A stretch of 64,000 nucleotides of DNA from Takakia lepidozioides (GCA_030704615.1 CM060732.1:45756001-45820000); one strand, 5' to 3'; positions 12,601 to 24,111 are shown, counted from the stretch's first letter. Translations and numbers: made by a program. Notes: generated from the sequence alone by a model not told the origin.

Positions 12601-14953
12601 ATGCCTCCAATGACATTTGGGGAGGGGAAACAATCGCAATGTTCAGGTCCTTCAAAGTCTGATCCAGCACAATGACGGCGCGCTTTTCGAGCTGCAAATA
12701 GTATATTTGTCAGAATTGCAAAAAAGAAACACATCACATACTTGAAGAGAAGAAACAGCATGTTCGAATACACACCTGACTCCAAAATGTAGCCTTGTGG
12801 AGCCAGTTATCAAACACCAAATCACTGATTCCTTCCACCTTTGTGCCAGGCTGTATGGTGCTCTTTGGGAACTGATTCAAGTCCTTTACTGTTTGATCTG
12901 AGTTCCATATCTCCAGCCACCTTATTTTTGTTTGTGGGTCGACCATCGATATGGCCAGCCGGTGCAATTTCTCCTGCTGCATCTCCGGATGCACATGCTT
13001 GTCATAGTGTGTTTTGATCTGCTGAAGGAACTCAGGACCAAGTCCAGGATCTACTATTCTAAGCTGCTTTCCGAAGGCTGACATCAATTTGGTTCTTCGC
13101 ATCTCAAACTCCTTCTTTATTGCAGCTTCCACACCCTTTGATGTCCTTAGTTCCTCTGGTGTAGTGCGGTAATATTCGGATTTTCCCTTCTCAGCTGCCT
13201 CTGCCAGTTCTTGCTGCATTCATTCAAGTAGTGATTAGCTCCGAAGGGACTCTAAACATGTATTCGAAAAGTAAACAGATTACAGACTCGGGCTTACCGC
13301 ATACATGTACTCCAGAAACGCCTCTCGTGTCAAAGAATACCAAGTGCCTGCAGCTCTTCCTGTTTCGCACTTCTTGATGATATTGGGTGGTAGTACTGTC
13401 CGAAAATCATCCAGCTTCATCAGACCAATCCTCTGAATTCGGAATAGTGTGTGAACCAAGCTTGTTGTCACATGCGATTTCTCTGTCGATCTGCAAAAAC
13501 ATTGAAAACATTGCATTCCTTAACACTGTTTTTTGAGGATCAACAAGACACTACAGAGGGAATCAAATCTCCTGGATGACTTACTTGTTCACGTCGTGCA
13601 TAGCTGTAAGAAGCCTAGCGATGTCGTTTCCTGGATCCAAAACCATTGCCTCCACAGCAACATGCTTGTCTTTGTCTTTCGAATGGTGTTTCTGAATGTA
13701 TCCCATCCATGCCAGCAATCGGTGGTTGCCGTCCCAGACGTAGAACATGTGGTTGCAAAATTGCTGGGTGTTCTTTCCCATCATGAGGCCCAGCTCGAAC
13801 TCCTCATTGGCATCTTTCCAGCACTCATCCCAGTTATCACTGATCTCTGGAGAAACTAATGTGCTTTTCCCATTTATATCCGTCAGTGACACATAAAAAA
13901 CTTGTGCACCAAGTCTATATCCATGCACAAAATCACTCTCCAATTTTGTTATGTCATGGGAAAGAGGTGGACGCACAACAGGCATTGATATCATCCGGCA
14001 CAGAGGTATGTCCAGACGCCCTCCAGATACGAGCATGTCCCTTATAACCTCCTGAGAGTTTACCTTCTGGAATGACATGAGTTCTTTCACCTTGTCAAGG
14101 TAGTGCACTTCGGATTCATCTGCTTCATCTGTATTCTCTGAGCTTTTTGCGGACTCGTCCCCATCTCCAGATCCTTTCCCCTCTGATCCTGTAGGCTTCG
14201 ACCTCACAGTTTTCTGCACGATGCCATTCAGTTCTGACTAAGTGATTTGCAAATAGTGAATGGCGGTAACGACAATCACTCTGTATCAAGGAAACTCACC
14301 ATGAATGGTGTGAAAGAATTCAGCACAATCTACACATGCAAAGCCGAGACTGCCGTATTCAAAACAAAAGTGAGAGCGATAGCGAACGGCGTTAACGACA
14401 ATCACAAAAGATAACAACCTGCCGGATCGGTGTTGTGTAATGACATATATGTGCAACTGATTGGCGGCAACGACATTCAGTGTAGTTTAGGGAGAATAGT
14501 AAGTGCAGACTCTCTCTTCAAACACATAGGTACATAAATCTCATGAGCAGAATCGAATGGCGTTAACGACGCTCGCGATTCAGTAGTTCCTGCTAAAGAA
14601 TGGAAGAGGAAGGACTCCTTGAAAGGCAATCACACAGACTATATGATAAAACTTACTGGCACCTTCTTAGGTTTTGAAATTTGATCCCCTTCTGCAGCTT
14701 TCCTCTTCCCTCTCACATCTGCTGGAGTTTCTGTCTGCGCAAGGGTTTCTTGACCTTCTTCAGGTTCGGCGTTCCGCGTGCTTCCACCTTCTTCAGTGTC
14801 CCTGCGATTCATCTCTGCCTCCACAGGCTGGCGCACTCTTATCGCCGACTGTGTCGCAGCCGCTGCCTCAGTCTCCGTCTGCTCTTGTGAATCAGTCTCC
14901 GCGTTCACCTGCTGCCTTGGCCCTGTGTTCTCCAACAAACGACGCCTCGTCAT
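9640..14953 (-). CDS. ParB-like N-terminal domain + beta-class amino (N6-adenine/N4-cytosine) DNA methyltransferase-like protein, 9 exons, ~1,086 aa
   Basis: Exons 14953-14657, 14213-13585, 13490-13298, 13213-12776, 12691-12465, 11519-10868, 10754-10416, 10220-9935 and 9839-9640 all have GT-AG borders and splice in frame (3261 nt). ParB-like FYVWDGNHRLLAW. MTase-like DIVILDIPDG...FLSDAGTLLLF...GAKEKSPAFMQILLESCS...VVDLSVSTG|ATYHACKAGGRSLFGMEGDSDLY, compared with EKPxxLxxxLI...VLDPFxGSGTTxxAAxxLGRxFIGxE. The extreme C-terminus is uncertain. Confidence 0.8.
11661..12384. repeat. Array of seven 22-bp palindromes TGAATGTCGT-CA-ACGACATTCA in intron 5
   Basis: Copies start at 11661, 11767, 11928, 12036, 12131, 12242 and 12363 (start-to-start spacing 95-161 bp). 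Confidence 0.95.
14257..14575. repeat. Four degenerate copies of the same 22-bp palindrome in intron 1
   Basis: Copies start at 14257, 14383, 14458 and 14554, e.g. TGAATGGCGGTAACGACAATCA and TGATTGGCGGCAACGACATTCA. Confidence 0.85.
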
Positions 14954-15795
14954 TTTCTCTCTTGCTCTGCGTCTCTCTCTAAGGGAAGTAAAATAAAGAG
15001 ACTTTCTTCTCTTTCGTATTCTAGAAGGAACCCTCTCCAGCTTGACTACCACTCTCCCTCTAAGCGCGAAAAGTGACTCTCGATTTCTTGCGGGATTGCC
15101 TGTGTTCTTGCGTGTCTCTAGAAGCATCGGATTCCCTCCCGCGTGACCGTTACACATAGTCGTTTCGTTATTAGTGCACATGCCAGCAATTGGTGTACAG
15201 CTGTTCGTATTCAGTTATGGATGTCTGACGTGTGCCGCCCAAAACAAAACGGCGTGTTCTAAATTATAACTGGTTCAATATTTAAAAAGAACAGCGAATC
15301 CCAGAAATTGATGCGCAGTCTTAAACAAATAAATATAAATGAACGAGAGTTTGATGACAAATTTTGGAATATCATACACGGTCATCCTTGTTATCCAAAC
15401 CCCACATTCGTTGCACATTTGGAACTTTCCAGGTGCGCATGATCATTGGTAGTAGTATATAGATACATTTACTTAATCTGCAATCCCATTCTCGGATCCT
15501 GTGGCATGCTTCCAGGAAGTCGGCTTTGTTATTGGGTTTATTGATGAGGTTCTGATTAACGGTTTAACAGTTGCCGACACTGCCCCTATGGATTCTCTGA
15601 CCACTGGGCCCACAAGAAAAGTAATTAAAATGGACGGCTGCATATCTGGAATGAATAACAGAATATGCACAGTCGTTATCTGAGCTTCCTCCGCCATATG
15701 CTCTGCTCATTCTTCAACTGTGTTCTGGAGACAGCAGTAAACCGATTTACACTAGATCTGCGATAGCAAGGTACAAACATACTCGAGGAAGGAAG

Positions 15796-18700
15796 ATGGC
15801 TTCCTCTGAAGCGGAGTTCTTCTCAGACGACAAACCAGTGCCGTTCTCCCAGGAAGTCCTTGACAATGGATTTGCAATTGTTCTGGAACATGTCTTGGCT
15901 ACCCGTTTTCAGCTGCAGAATGGCTCCATCTTTTTGGAGAAAGAGGTTTACGATCTGAAAGGGAAGTTGGTGAAATATTCTTTCCAAAACCGTGATGAGA
16001 CGGCTCATATCAGCCAGTGGAGAGTGCGTCCTGGTCGATACAGAGTACTTGGAGAGCCTCGGCGAAAGTCCCTTGGGTCATATGTGACGCCCGGGACTGC
16101 TGCTTCGGTCGTTGAAGACAAGAGGGAGGTGGTGGTGAAAAAAGAACAGACTTCCTCCACTCCAATCGTTGAGCTTTCGGATTCTTCCGATGATGACATA
16201 AGTGAAATTCCAAATCCAGTCCTTCCTACTGTGGTTGCAGAAGCTGATGAAGAAGAGATTTGTAGTGTCATTCCAAAATTGCGGGCGATGGGAGGAATGG
16301 CTGGATTCAAAAGTGAGTTGCGGGGAATTGATTGGGAATCTTTGAAGCAGGTGCCTGTGAAGTTCTTGCCGGAGACTTTTGATGGCGATATCCTATTCGA
16401 GCTGCCTCCTCCTCCGCGAGTTGGAGGTGTAACAATCATGATGCATGGAATGGACAAGAAACACGACGGGCACCCGTGGTGCAGAACAAAAACATCCAAT
16501 ATTCAGAATGATGACAAGCTTGTTTTCAGGAGGACAGTTTGCAATGGACACCTTAGGTGTGATAATTTGAATTGCAGACACTTTCTTCAGTCTGGAGTTC
16601 ATAATCAAAGCGAATGGGAGGGTCTGGCGGAGAATCCATTTCAGCCTGGGACTGCCCCTCCACCGGCAAACACTTTCGTCTGCAAATTCTGCAAACTTGT
16701 GCCATCCTGCTTGGCGCTCTGCGGAGCAAGAATGTACTATGTTGTCCACCGTTTGAATACAATGACGAGAGCTTGTGTGCATTTTGGATTCCATAACCAT
16801 CCTGTCTCGAAGGGGGATTACAGGGAGAGTGTTGAGACAGTATCGAGGTTGATCAAACAGGAGTTCGGGAGAAACCCATCCGCAACAACATCTGCAATTG
16901 CTCTTGGCGCAAGCAAGTCCTTCTTGGAAAGCCATATTTTGAGTGAAGGAGATTCTGTGGGGACTAAACTTGACGGTGCAGCATTGGACCTGGTCATGGA
17001 TCATTTCTCCACTTTAAGTTCACCTAACATTCGGCATCAGATCAATGCATTGAGAATGGGCTCTGGGATCAGAGGCTACATAGACAATATTTTGGAATTG
17101 AAACGACTGAGCAAGTACGATTACATCCAGGACAATGTATTCCCAGGTCAAGGTGCCATCAAAGTTTTTCTTTTCAAAATGTCGACTGTTGGGGAGGGCA
17201 GTGGGGTTAGCCTCGTGAAGCGGATGCAAAAGACTGGGGACTTGCAGAACTGTTTTCTTATGTTTGATCATGTGAAACGAGTGAAGGATTGGACGACAAT
17301 GGCTTGTCATGTCTACGATCCAGTGTACCAACGAGTTATGACAATTGCAGTTTGTGACATGCAATCCGAGGATACGGAATCCCAGAAGCTCATGTGGAAT
17401 TCCCTGATACGTGTCATGGGCTGCCATGGGCTGCCATCTCCAAATTTCGCAGGTTTCATGGCGGATAGTGCTCAAGCAAATTTCAATGCTATTCGTATTG
17501 TCTTCGGATCGGGCGACCCAAAAGTGCCTATGCCAGGAAGAGAGCGTACATGTCTATTCCATTGGACACAATCTCTGGAAAAACATACAAAGTCGGACAT
17601 CAAACCAGAGATGCAGACTCAGCACCGTAAATTGTGCAAAGAGTACAAAGATGCTAGAACAATGAAGGAGGCGGACACTTTGTTCCAGACAATTCGTGCC
17701 TGGTGGTTCTCTTCTGGAGCTGCATCACTTGAGAGTATGAGAGCATTGGAAGATTGGCTGGCGTTTTGGCACTTCCGGTATAGACAGTGGGGAGCAGCCA
17801 TGACAATGGTACGAGGCTTCTATTTCATGCTTTATTCATACATTTGCTTTCCATATTTTTGACTCATTGCTTTCTTTATGTTGTTTCCTGTGCACTATTC
17901 TGAAGTGTGGTTATCCTCTTTGCAGAACATGTCCATTGAGAAATGGCAGACATGCCATCTTGCAATTTGGCAGAAACTGTGCACAATGCATGGTTGCAGC
18001 AGTCTGGGAAACGAGGTCGGGATTTGTATGTGGCAACAACAGATGATTTGATACGTGCCTTGCAACAACAAACCCGATACCGTGATTTCTTACGAGGTGG
18101 GGTTGGTGGCAAGGGTCCGGACAAATCGGAGTTGATGTTGCGTGCTGCAAACAGATCTGGGGATCCAATCAAGATAGCACGGGCGGTGAGCATGTATGCC
18201 CAGGGAACGCCACTTGTTTCTAGAGTTCCACATCTTGAAGGGGAGGAGAGATTCGGCTCCTGTAAGAGGAAATTGAACACTCCACCTGGTTCGGATTCAG
18301 ATTCCCACAGGGCAGACCGTGATAACTTCTCGAAGCCTCGTGTTCCCCTGCATGACAGCTCCGTGTCCGGAACCTCCATTGTGGAGGAACCTCCAACACG
18401 ACGGCAAGCTCCAGCATCAAACCGTGCCACTGAAATGGTGCAGGAGAGAAACAACCCCCTTGATGTGCTTGAGTCCGCATGCCCCGACCACGTTTGGCAC
18501 ATAGAACGCACAAGTGTCGGGTCTCGTGTGAAATGTACAGCGATCAGGGCAACTAATTTCGAGAAGTGCACTTCATCTATATCCAGAGGTGGTGCCCGAA
18601 CTCCTGCTCCGACTTTCACGGGCTTGATGCGTCCATACGGTCAACCAGAAGCCAAGAACCACAAGTTCTGGTTCTGCGCAGATGATTGTGCCAGATGTGT

Positions 18701-19310
18701 GCATGGAACTGTGCGTCCTTCCGTAGTGATGAAGCCATCTCCTCCAACCGTTTGGCCCGTGAAGGTGGGAACACATCTCAGCTTTCAGGAGATTGAAATG
18801 CTGGAGGAGGCAGGTTTTTCCCTTGCGAGACAACCCCAACTCCATGCATGTGCTACTACTCCTGCGTCCTCCCGGGTCCCCCCGGCAAATCCTGACTTGT
18901 GGCCAACCAAACGAGATGGAAAGCTCGTTCGGCGTTTCCCTCCAACCGCTGAACACTTTGGCAAAGTGGAGTCCGCAAGAATGCTCCAAGCTCGTGTCGG
19001 AAGCACCACGGAAGTACCCGATCCAGGATATGGTCGGGTATTCACAATCATCACTTCCACATCTGCTGTTCATGACAGGACCTACGACATCACGGTTTCC
19101 AATTTCCCCAATTGCACATGTCCTGATTTTGTGAATATGCTATCAACCAGTTTGGGCAAGAGAGGTAAATTCATACCCTGCAAACATTTGTATTTCATAT
19201 TTTTGAGGAGGATGGTTTGCGATCCCAAACGTGACAACTTCATTCACCAGGCCACTATGAGTTTCAACGAGGTCGATACTCTTTTGCAGCGGGATACAAC
19301 ACATGGGTAG
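15796..19310 (+). CDS. MULE transposase with GCM/WRKY-like Zn DNA-binding domain, DDE core and C-terminal SWIM finger (2 exons; possible 1-nt frameshift)
   Basis: DGHPW...CNGHLRC...CKFC...CGAR...HFGFHNHP (GCM-like); FDHV / FMADSA / CLFH / CNLAETVHN (MULE D-D-CxxH-E); CTCPDF...CKHLY (SWIM). Intron 17809-17925 (GT-AG). The obvious acceptor puts exon 2 one nt out of frame. Confidence 0.88.
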
Positions 19311-19960
19311 CATGAACTATGTAATGTGGTATGTGGATGACCATGATTTGAAATGTGTAATTCACATCAATTCGTCGGCTGTGCAATGATATGGCCTCCA
19401 ACTATACGGAGTGAGGTCTGAGTGACAACTTTTAGGTAGTGCACATTTGTCATTGCACCGTTCGAAGTCTACATGTCTTGCTGTCGCTATGCACTACAAT
19501 CATCTTTTGAAGATGATCATAACTCTCATTGTTATTTGAGGAGGGAGGAAGTCTTCTCGTGGCAGCCTTTATGGCGCACACTTTGTGAGGATATTTTGTC
19601 GTCTTCGTAATTGTAAAAGTGAAACAAACATTTGTAATTGCACAATGTTGGATGCTGCAATTGTAGGCCTCAACGCTCGTCTTGATTCTATTTAGGCAAG
19701 ATTCCCTGCATTAATTCCACGGTCATAGGACCATCCACGGTTATAGGCGGCGCATGTTAATGCTGACGTGGCAGTTGACGGACAGTGCCACGTCATCATT
19801 TACCGCCACATCAGCATGCTGACATGACGCTCACGCCACGTCAGCATGTGTGCAGGCTCACGCCACGTCAGCTGGCGTGAGCGTACGCTCACGCCACGTC
19901 ACTCCTGCGTGAGCGTACGCTCGCGCGCTCACGTGCAACGCTCACGCCATTGCGTCGTTG

Positions 19961-20617
19961 GGCTACAGGTTCAGCAAGCAAGCATCAGTTGCCTCCTTCT
20001 TACCATATTTCCTTCTCTTTGGCCGAGAGCCAGATTTGCCTGCATCTATTCGCAGGGAGGTTGCAGTAGTCCTCAACCTTGATGATCCGGATGTGTGGAC
20101 ACAAGCCTGTGCCCAACGGGCAGAGTTGTTCAAGAAAGTCATGCCTATGGCTTTTGAGAATCTTGCTATTGCCCAACACCGAGACACATTGAGGTATGCC
20201 ACTATACGTGGAGGGGGATATTGGCCAGGTGTTTGGCATTTCCACCCTGGGGACTATGTGTATCTGCAGCAGACAGCGCCTATGACCTTGGATGTCACAG
20301 CAGGACGTGTGATTTTGAGGGTCAGGGAGGTGTTGCCTTCAGGAGTGTTGATTCTGGAGGGTCGAGATGGCATGGTATGGAAAGATCATGTGCGTAATTG
20401 TGCGCCATGTCACCTTCCACATGTGGATGGGAGGATAGATCCCACCCTTGCAGTGGTACCTACAGGGTTGCGTTGCATGCTATGTGGGCATGCTCGTGGT
20501 GCCGCCACTATGCTGGTGTGTGATCGATGCTCAAGAGGTTGGCACATGGGATGCTTGACACCACCTCTTGAGAGGGTTCCTGATGGAGATTGGTTATGTC
20601 CACACTGCTTGGGATAG
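19961..20617 (+). pseudogene. Integrase C-terminal part ending in a PHD finger
   Basis: GYRFSKQASVASFLPYFLLFGREP...FHPGDYVYL...HVRNCAP. C4HC3 PHD CMLC...CDRC...WHMGCLTPPL...WLCPHC at 20474-20608. Confidence 0.93.
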
Positions 20618-20876
20618 TGGCAGTGGATATGACTAGTGGCAGCTCACAAGACATGGGAGGCCAAGCTCATAGGAGTCAATACCCAAGATCTCAGGCTCAA
20701 GTTCACATGTTGCAAGACGACGACTAACGATGGGGCAACTCTTGTACCCGGCCTCTTGATCTATTGAGTTTGAGTGTAGTAGGGACAGTGGTGGAGGACT
20801 TAGTGAGGCAGGGCCACTATCACATCTTGTGGCTATCTGGACTTAAAGGGACCTAAGCGCCAGCTAGGGGGGGGAT

Positions 20877-21734
20877 TGTGATGGACTAGTGGCTGCACTA
20901 GTGGTGGCTAGTGGCAGCCTAGTGGTGGACTAGTGGCTGCACTAGTGGTGGCTAGTGGCAGACTAGTGATGGACTAGTGGCTGCATTAGTGGTGGCTAGT
21001 GGCAGCCTAGTGGTTGGACTAGTGGCTGCACTAGTGGTGGACTAGTGGCTGCACTAGTGATGGCTAGTGGCAGCCTAGTGGTGGACTAGTGGCTGCACTA
21101 GTGGTGGCTAGTGGCAGCCTAGTGGTGCACTAGTGGTGGACTAGTGATAGACTAGTGTTTGGTGTGCACATGTGTTGTGTGGTTTTGGACAGCGATGTAC
21201 TTGTGTAGGCGCACGACAGCTGTCAAGTTATTTTACCACTAGTGTGAAGTTAGCTAGAAAATAGCTAGCTTTTATATATTGACATTTGGGATTGACCCAA
21301 GTGTCAATCCAGGGGCCAATACATGTTTGAGCACCTGACGTTGTTATCTTCACGGCAGATCGCGGTGGGCTCATCTTTCTCGAGTTGAGCCTTATCGCGT
21401 CTAGCTATGGCGCCGTAGTGTGGATTCCCCATGGCATGGGGTGTACTTGGCTCGACTTAATATATGAGTGATGTTTTCATGTGCAAGTATGTGAGTTTGA
21501 GAGAGCTTGTGTGCTTGTATTTTCCCTTTCTTTATCTATTGTGATGGACTAGTGGCAGCATAGTGATGGACTAGTGGCTGCACTAGTGGTGGCTAGTGGC
21601 AGCCTAGTGGTGGCTAGTGACAGCCTAGTGGTGCACTAATGGTGGACTAGTGATAGACTAGTGTTTGGTGTGCACATGTGTTGTGTGGTTTTGGACAGCG
21701 ATGTAGTGGTGTAGCAATATGTATGCGCACGACA
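20877..21734 (+). repeat. 3' LTR with CTAGTGG minisatellite and an internally duplicated start (second copy 21540-21734)
   Basis: Follows the PPT AGGGGGGGGA (20866-20875). Starts TGTGATGG and ends GCGCACGACA. The segment TGTGATGG...GCACGACA occurs at both 20877-21218 and 21540-21734. Confidence 0.75.
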
Positions 21735-21870
21735 AAGCCTGTGCACCCCTCCTCGCCGAGGGCTTTCCAACAGTACCGAGCACCAAGGCTGGCCCCGCGG
21801 TTTCGGACAACTCAACGTGACAAAACAAAACAAACAAAACAAAACAAACGCTCGCTGAATCATATATTGA
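21735..21870 (-). mobile_element. Helitron 5'-end fragment (same family as 24112-28506), probable target of the Gypsy insertion
   Basis: Matches the module GTGCACCCCTCCTCG...CTCAACGTGACAAAACAAAAC...CATATATTGA that recurs at 25-28.5 kb. Confidence 0.75.
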
Positions 21871-24111
21871 AGTCCAATTGTCCAGCTTTCAAAAGTAGTC
21901 TTCGTGTGTTTCAATTTCTTTTCAATTTTGGATTACAGTCTACCCCTAACATTTGTTATTGTGTATTGTAGGGAATAAGTGACAATTAAGGCAGGATGGT
22001 TAGCATAACCAGGGTGTGAGATCTAAGATTTGATTATATTTTAATTTAGTTTTTCCTATAAACAGGGGATAGAGCAATCTTGGTTTGACTAGACAGTCCA
22101 AATATGATCAAGATGTAGCTGTAGGTTGTTGAATTGAAGTTTCTTATAATAAATATCCAATTGTTGTAATTGTTTCATGATTTTTTTTTATAAAATGTCT
22201 ATGATGAAATCTTCTATAATGAGAAGGACCACAATTTTTGTAGAAGAAGATCCGGGTTGCTGTTAATTTGTGCACTTGTGAGAAAAAAGTGGGACGCAAT
22301 GAGGTGGCTATGGATGTGTTGGTATGGGTGCTCCTCGGTTGTCATTCATCACTCAAGTGGGCTCAACTTAGATGGTGGAAAGTAGCGTGGAAGTGGATGT
22401 CGTGTGACCAATCATTTCTATGCTTGAAAAAAAGTTGGGAAGACATAGATACTCCACAACACACAAAAGACGGTCTTGGAAACACTTGAATTTACGGCCA
22501 GCGGATAAAATAACCATGTAGATCTCATGCAATGAACCAGAATACGAGAAACAAATAGTAGATACTACGAGGAGTGGAAGGCAAATAGTGGAAACAAGAA
22601 TTTTCACAGAAGTTGCAGCAAGGGTCTGTTGTCTGACAACTTCTGGCATGGCCATGGTGGATGCCAAGCCCCTGTTAACTTGCATAGATCAATAAACGGG
22701 TTTTGGTTTTTTTCCTCCTTCAACAGTGGAGGAAGGCATGAAATATAATAAGAGCACGGACATCTGTTGTTATGTTTATTTACAAGGGACCGAGACCTGG
22801 AAGGTAGAACTGAACAACCAAGTTGTAGCCCAGTGGTAATGGACACATACCACTTGGAAGTCGTTGTGGGTTTAATCCACAGATTGGTGTCACAAAGGTG
22901 TCCAATGTCCACCTTCCCGCCAAAAGGAAGCAAAGGGAAGTCAGAGGATAGAGTCAGGGGAAATTGATAGCAAGACAAGTTGAATCCTATTTATGACTTT
23001 CCACAAGAAAGCTGCATATTTTGCTGCCTTGTCCTTCCGCCATACATCTTTCCAAATGATTTTCCAAGGCATGAACACATTGTGATTCCATTTCGCATGA
23101 AAAAAATAAGGAGGAAGAAGAAGAATGTAGACAAGCTTGGCTTAAAAACTCGTACAAAACTAAAATTTCATACTTTTCCATGGTTAATATGTTTTCATCA
23201 ATTATTTTTTTCATAACTTGCTGCACAACCTACTACTTGGGGAAAGGTTTCCATGATCAACTTGTTTGGTAGTCTTCTCTCACAGAGGATCCAGACATTT
23301 GACTGTCTTTGTGTGTACAAAGCTCAGGATGGTTTCATAAGATGAGCCTTGATCAAGCTCCTCAGATACATTAAAATGTTATAATCTCCCATCCTCTACA
23401 TGAAAAAATTCAGAAATGTTTTAAGGTGCTGCTTTTCATTGGCTGAAAGTTTCGTGTTTTAAGGGGTTTTTTTTGTTTTTGTTTTTGGCAACAATTACTA
23501 ACTTGAGTAGTAGCCCCTCATTCTAGTTCTCTTAGAGAAACCCAAAAAAAAAAAAAAAAAAAATCCCAAGTCGGGCTCCATACATTTCCATTTTCCAGTA
23601 CAGTTTTTGTTTTCAGAGTGGCCATGAGTACACATCCTTAGATTGAGTAGACATGGTCGCATGATAGCATTACAATGCAAGCTGTCTCTTACAAGCTATT
23701 GTGAGTTTCGTGTTATGCATATAGTACAAGCAGCAAAGCTTGAGAATTTTGTATGTAACATAAGTTCAAAGCGCTCCAACTTGTAGATATTGAAACATTT
23801 CAAACTCTTTGAGATCTTCAATCACATGATGTTTGTGAGCTGAATTGAAAAGTTGTAGTTATGGATATTCATGAGTTTCATAAACCCAAAGCCAACGAAA
23901 ATATAAAAGAAGATAAACATGTACACAAGTTTATATATTTCAACAACACGAATATTTATTCTCGTACATGTATTAATAAGAGTTTGTAGAGAGAAGGAGA
24001 TTATGTGTGGCTCTGTGTATATATAAAAATATATATAAGGAGAAGGTTGGTGCATAAATATTTGTATATGTGATATTATATGTATTTATTTTGCCTATGT
24101 TATATATATCA

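Larger units (their letters stand above)
8620..19960 (+). mobile_element. Mutator-like (MULE) DNA transposon, 11.3 kb, two divergent genes
   Basis: 9-bp TSD GGCTACAGG at 8611-8619 and 19961-19969. Removing the insert restores integrase AMGYRFSKQ. Imperfect TIR (CAGGGATGCCTCGGCGTGAGC vs reverse complement CAACGACGCAATGGCGTGAGC). Subterminal GCCACGTCA repeats and a MULE transposase inside. Confidence 0.93.
1800..21734 (+). mobile_element. Ty3/Gypsy LTR retrotransposon (gag-PR-DNMT-RT-RH-IN-PHD), decayed, split by a nested Mutator-like insertion
   Basis: Domain order PR-RT-RH-IN is Gypsy. PPT and TG...CA 3' LTR at 20866-21734. Many in-frame stops and frameshifts. The 5' boundary is approximate because no 5' LTR or PBS was found in the window. 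Confidence 0.9.

Noticed and set aside
22250-23400. Short ORFs on both strands
   Set aside because: No family motifs or consistent splice pattern found.
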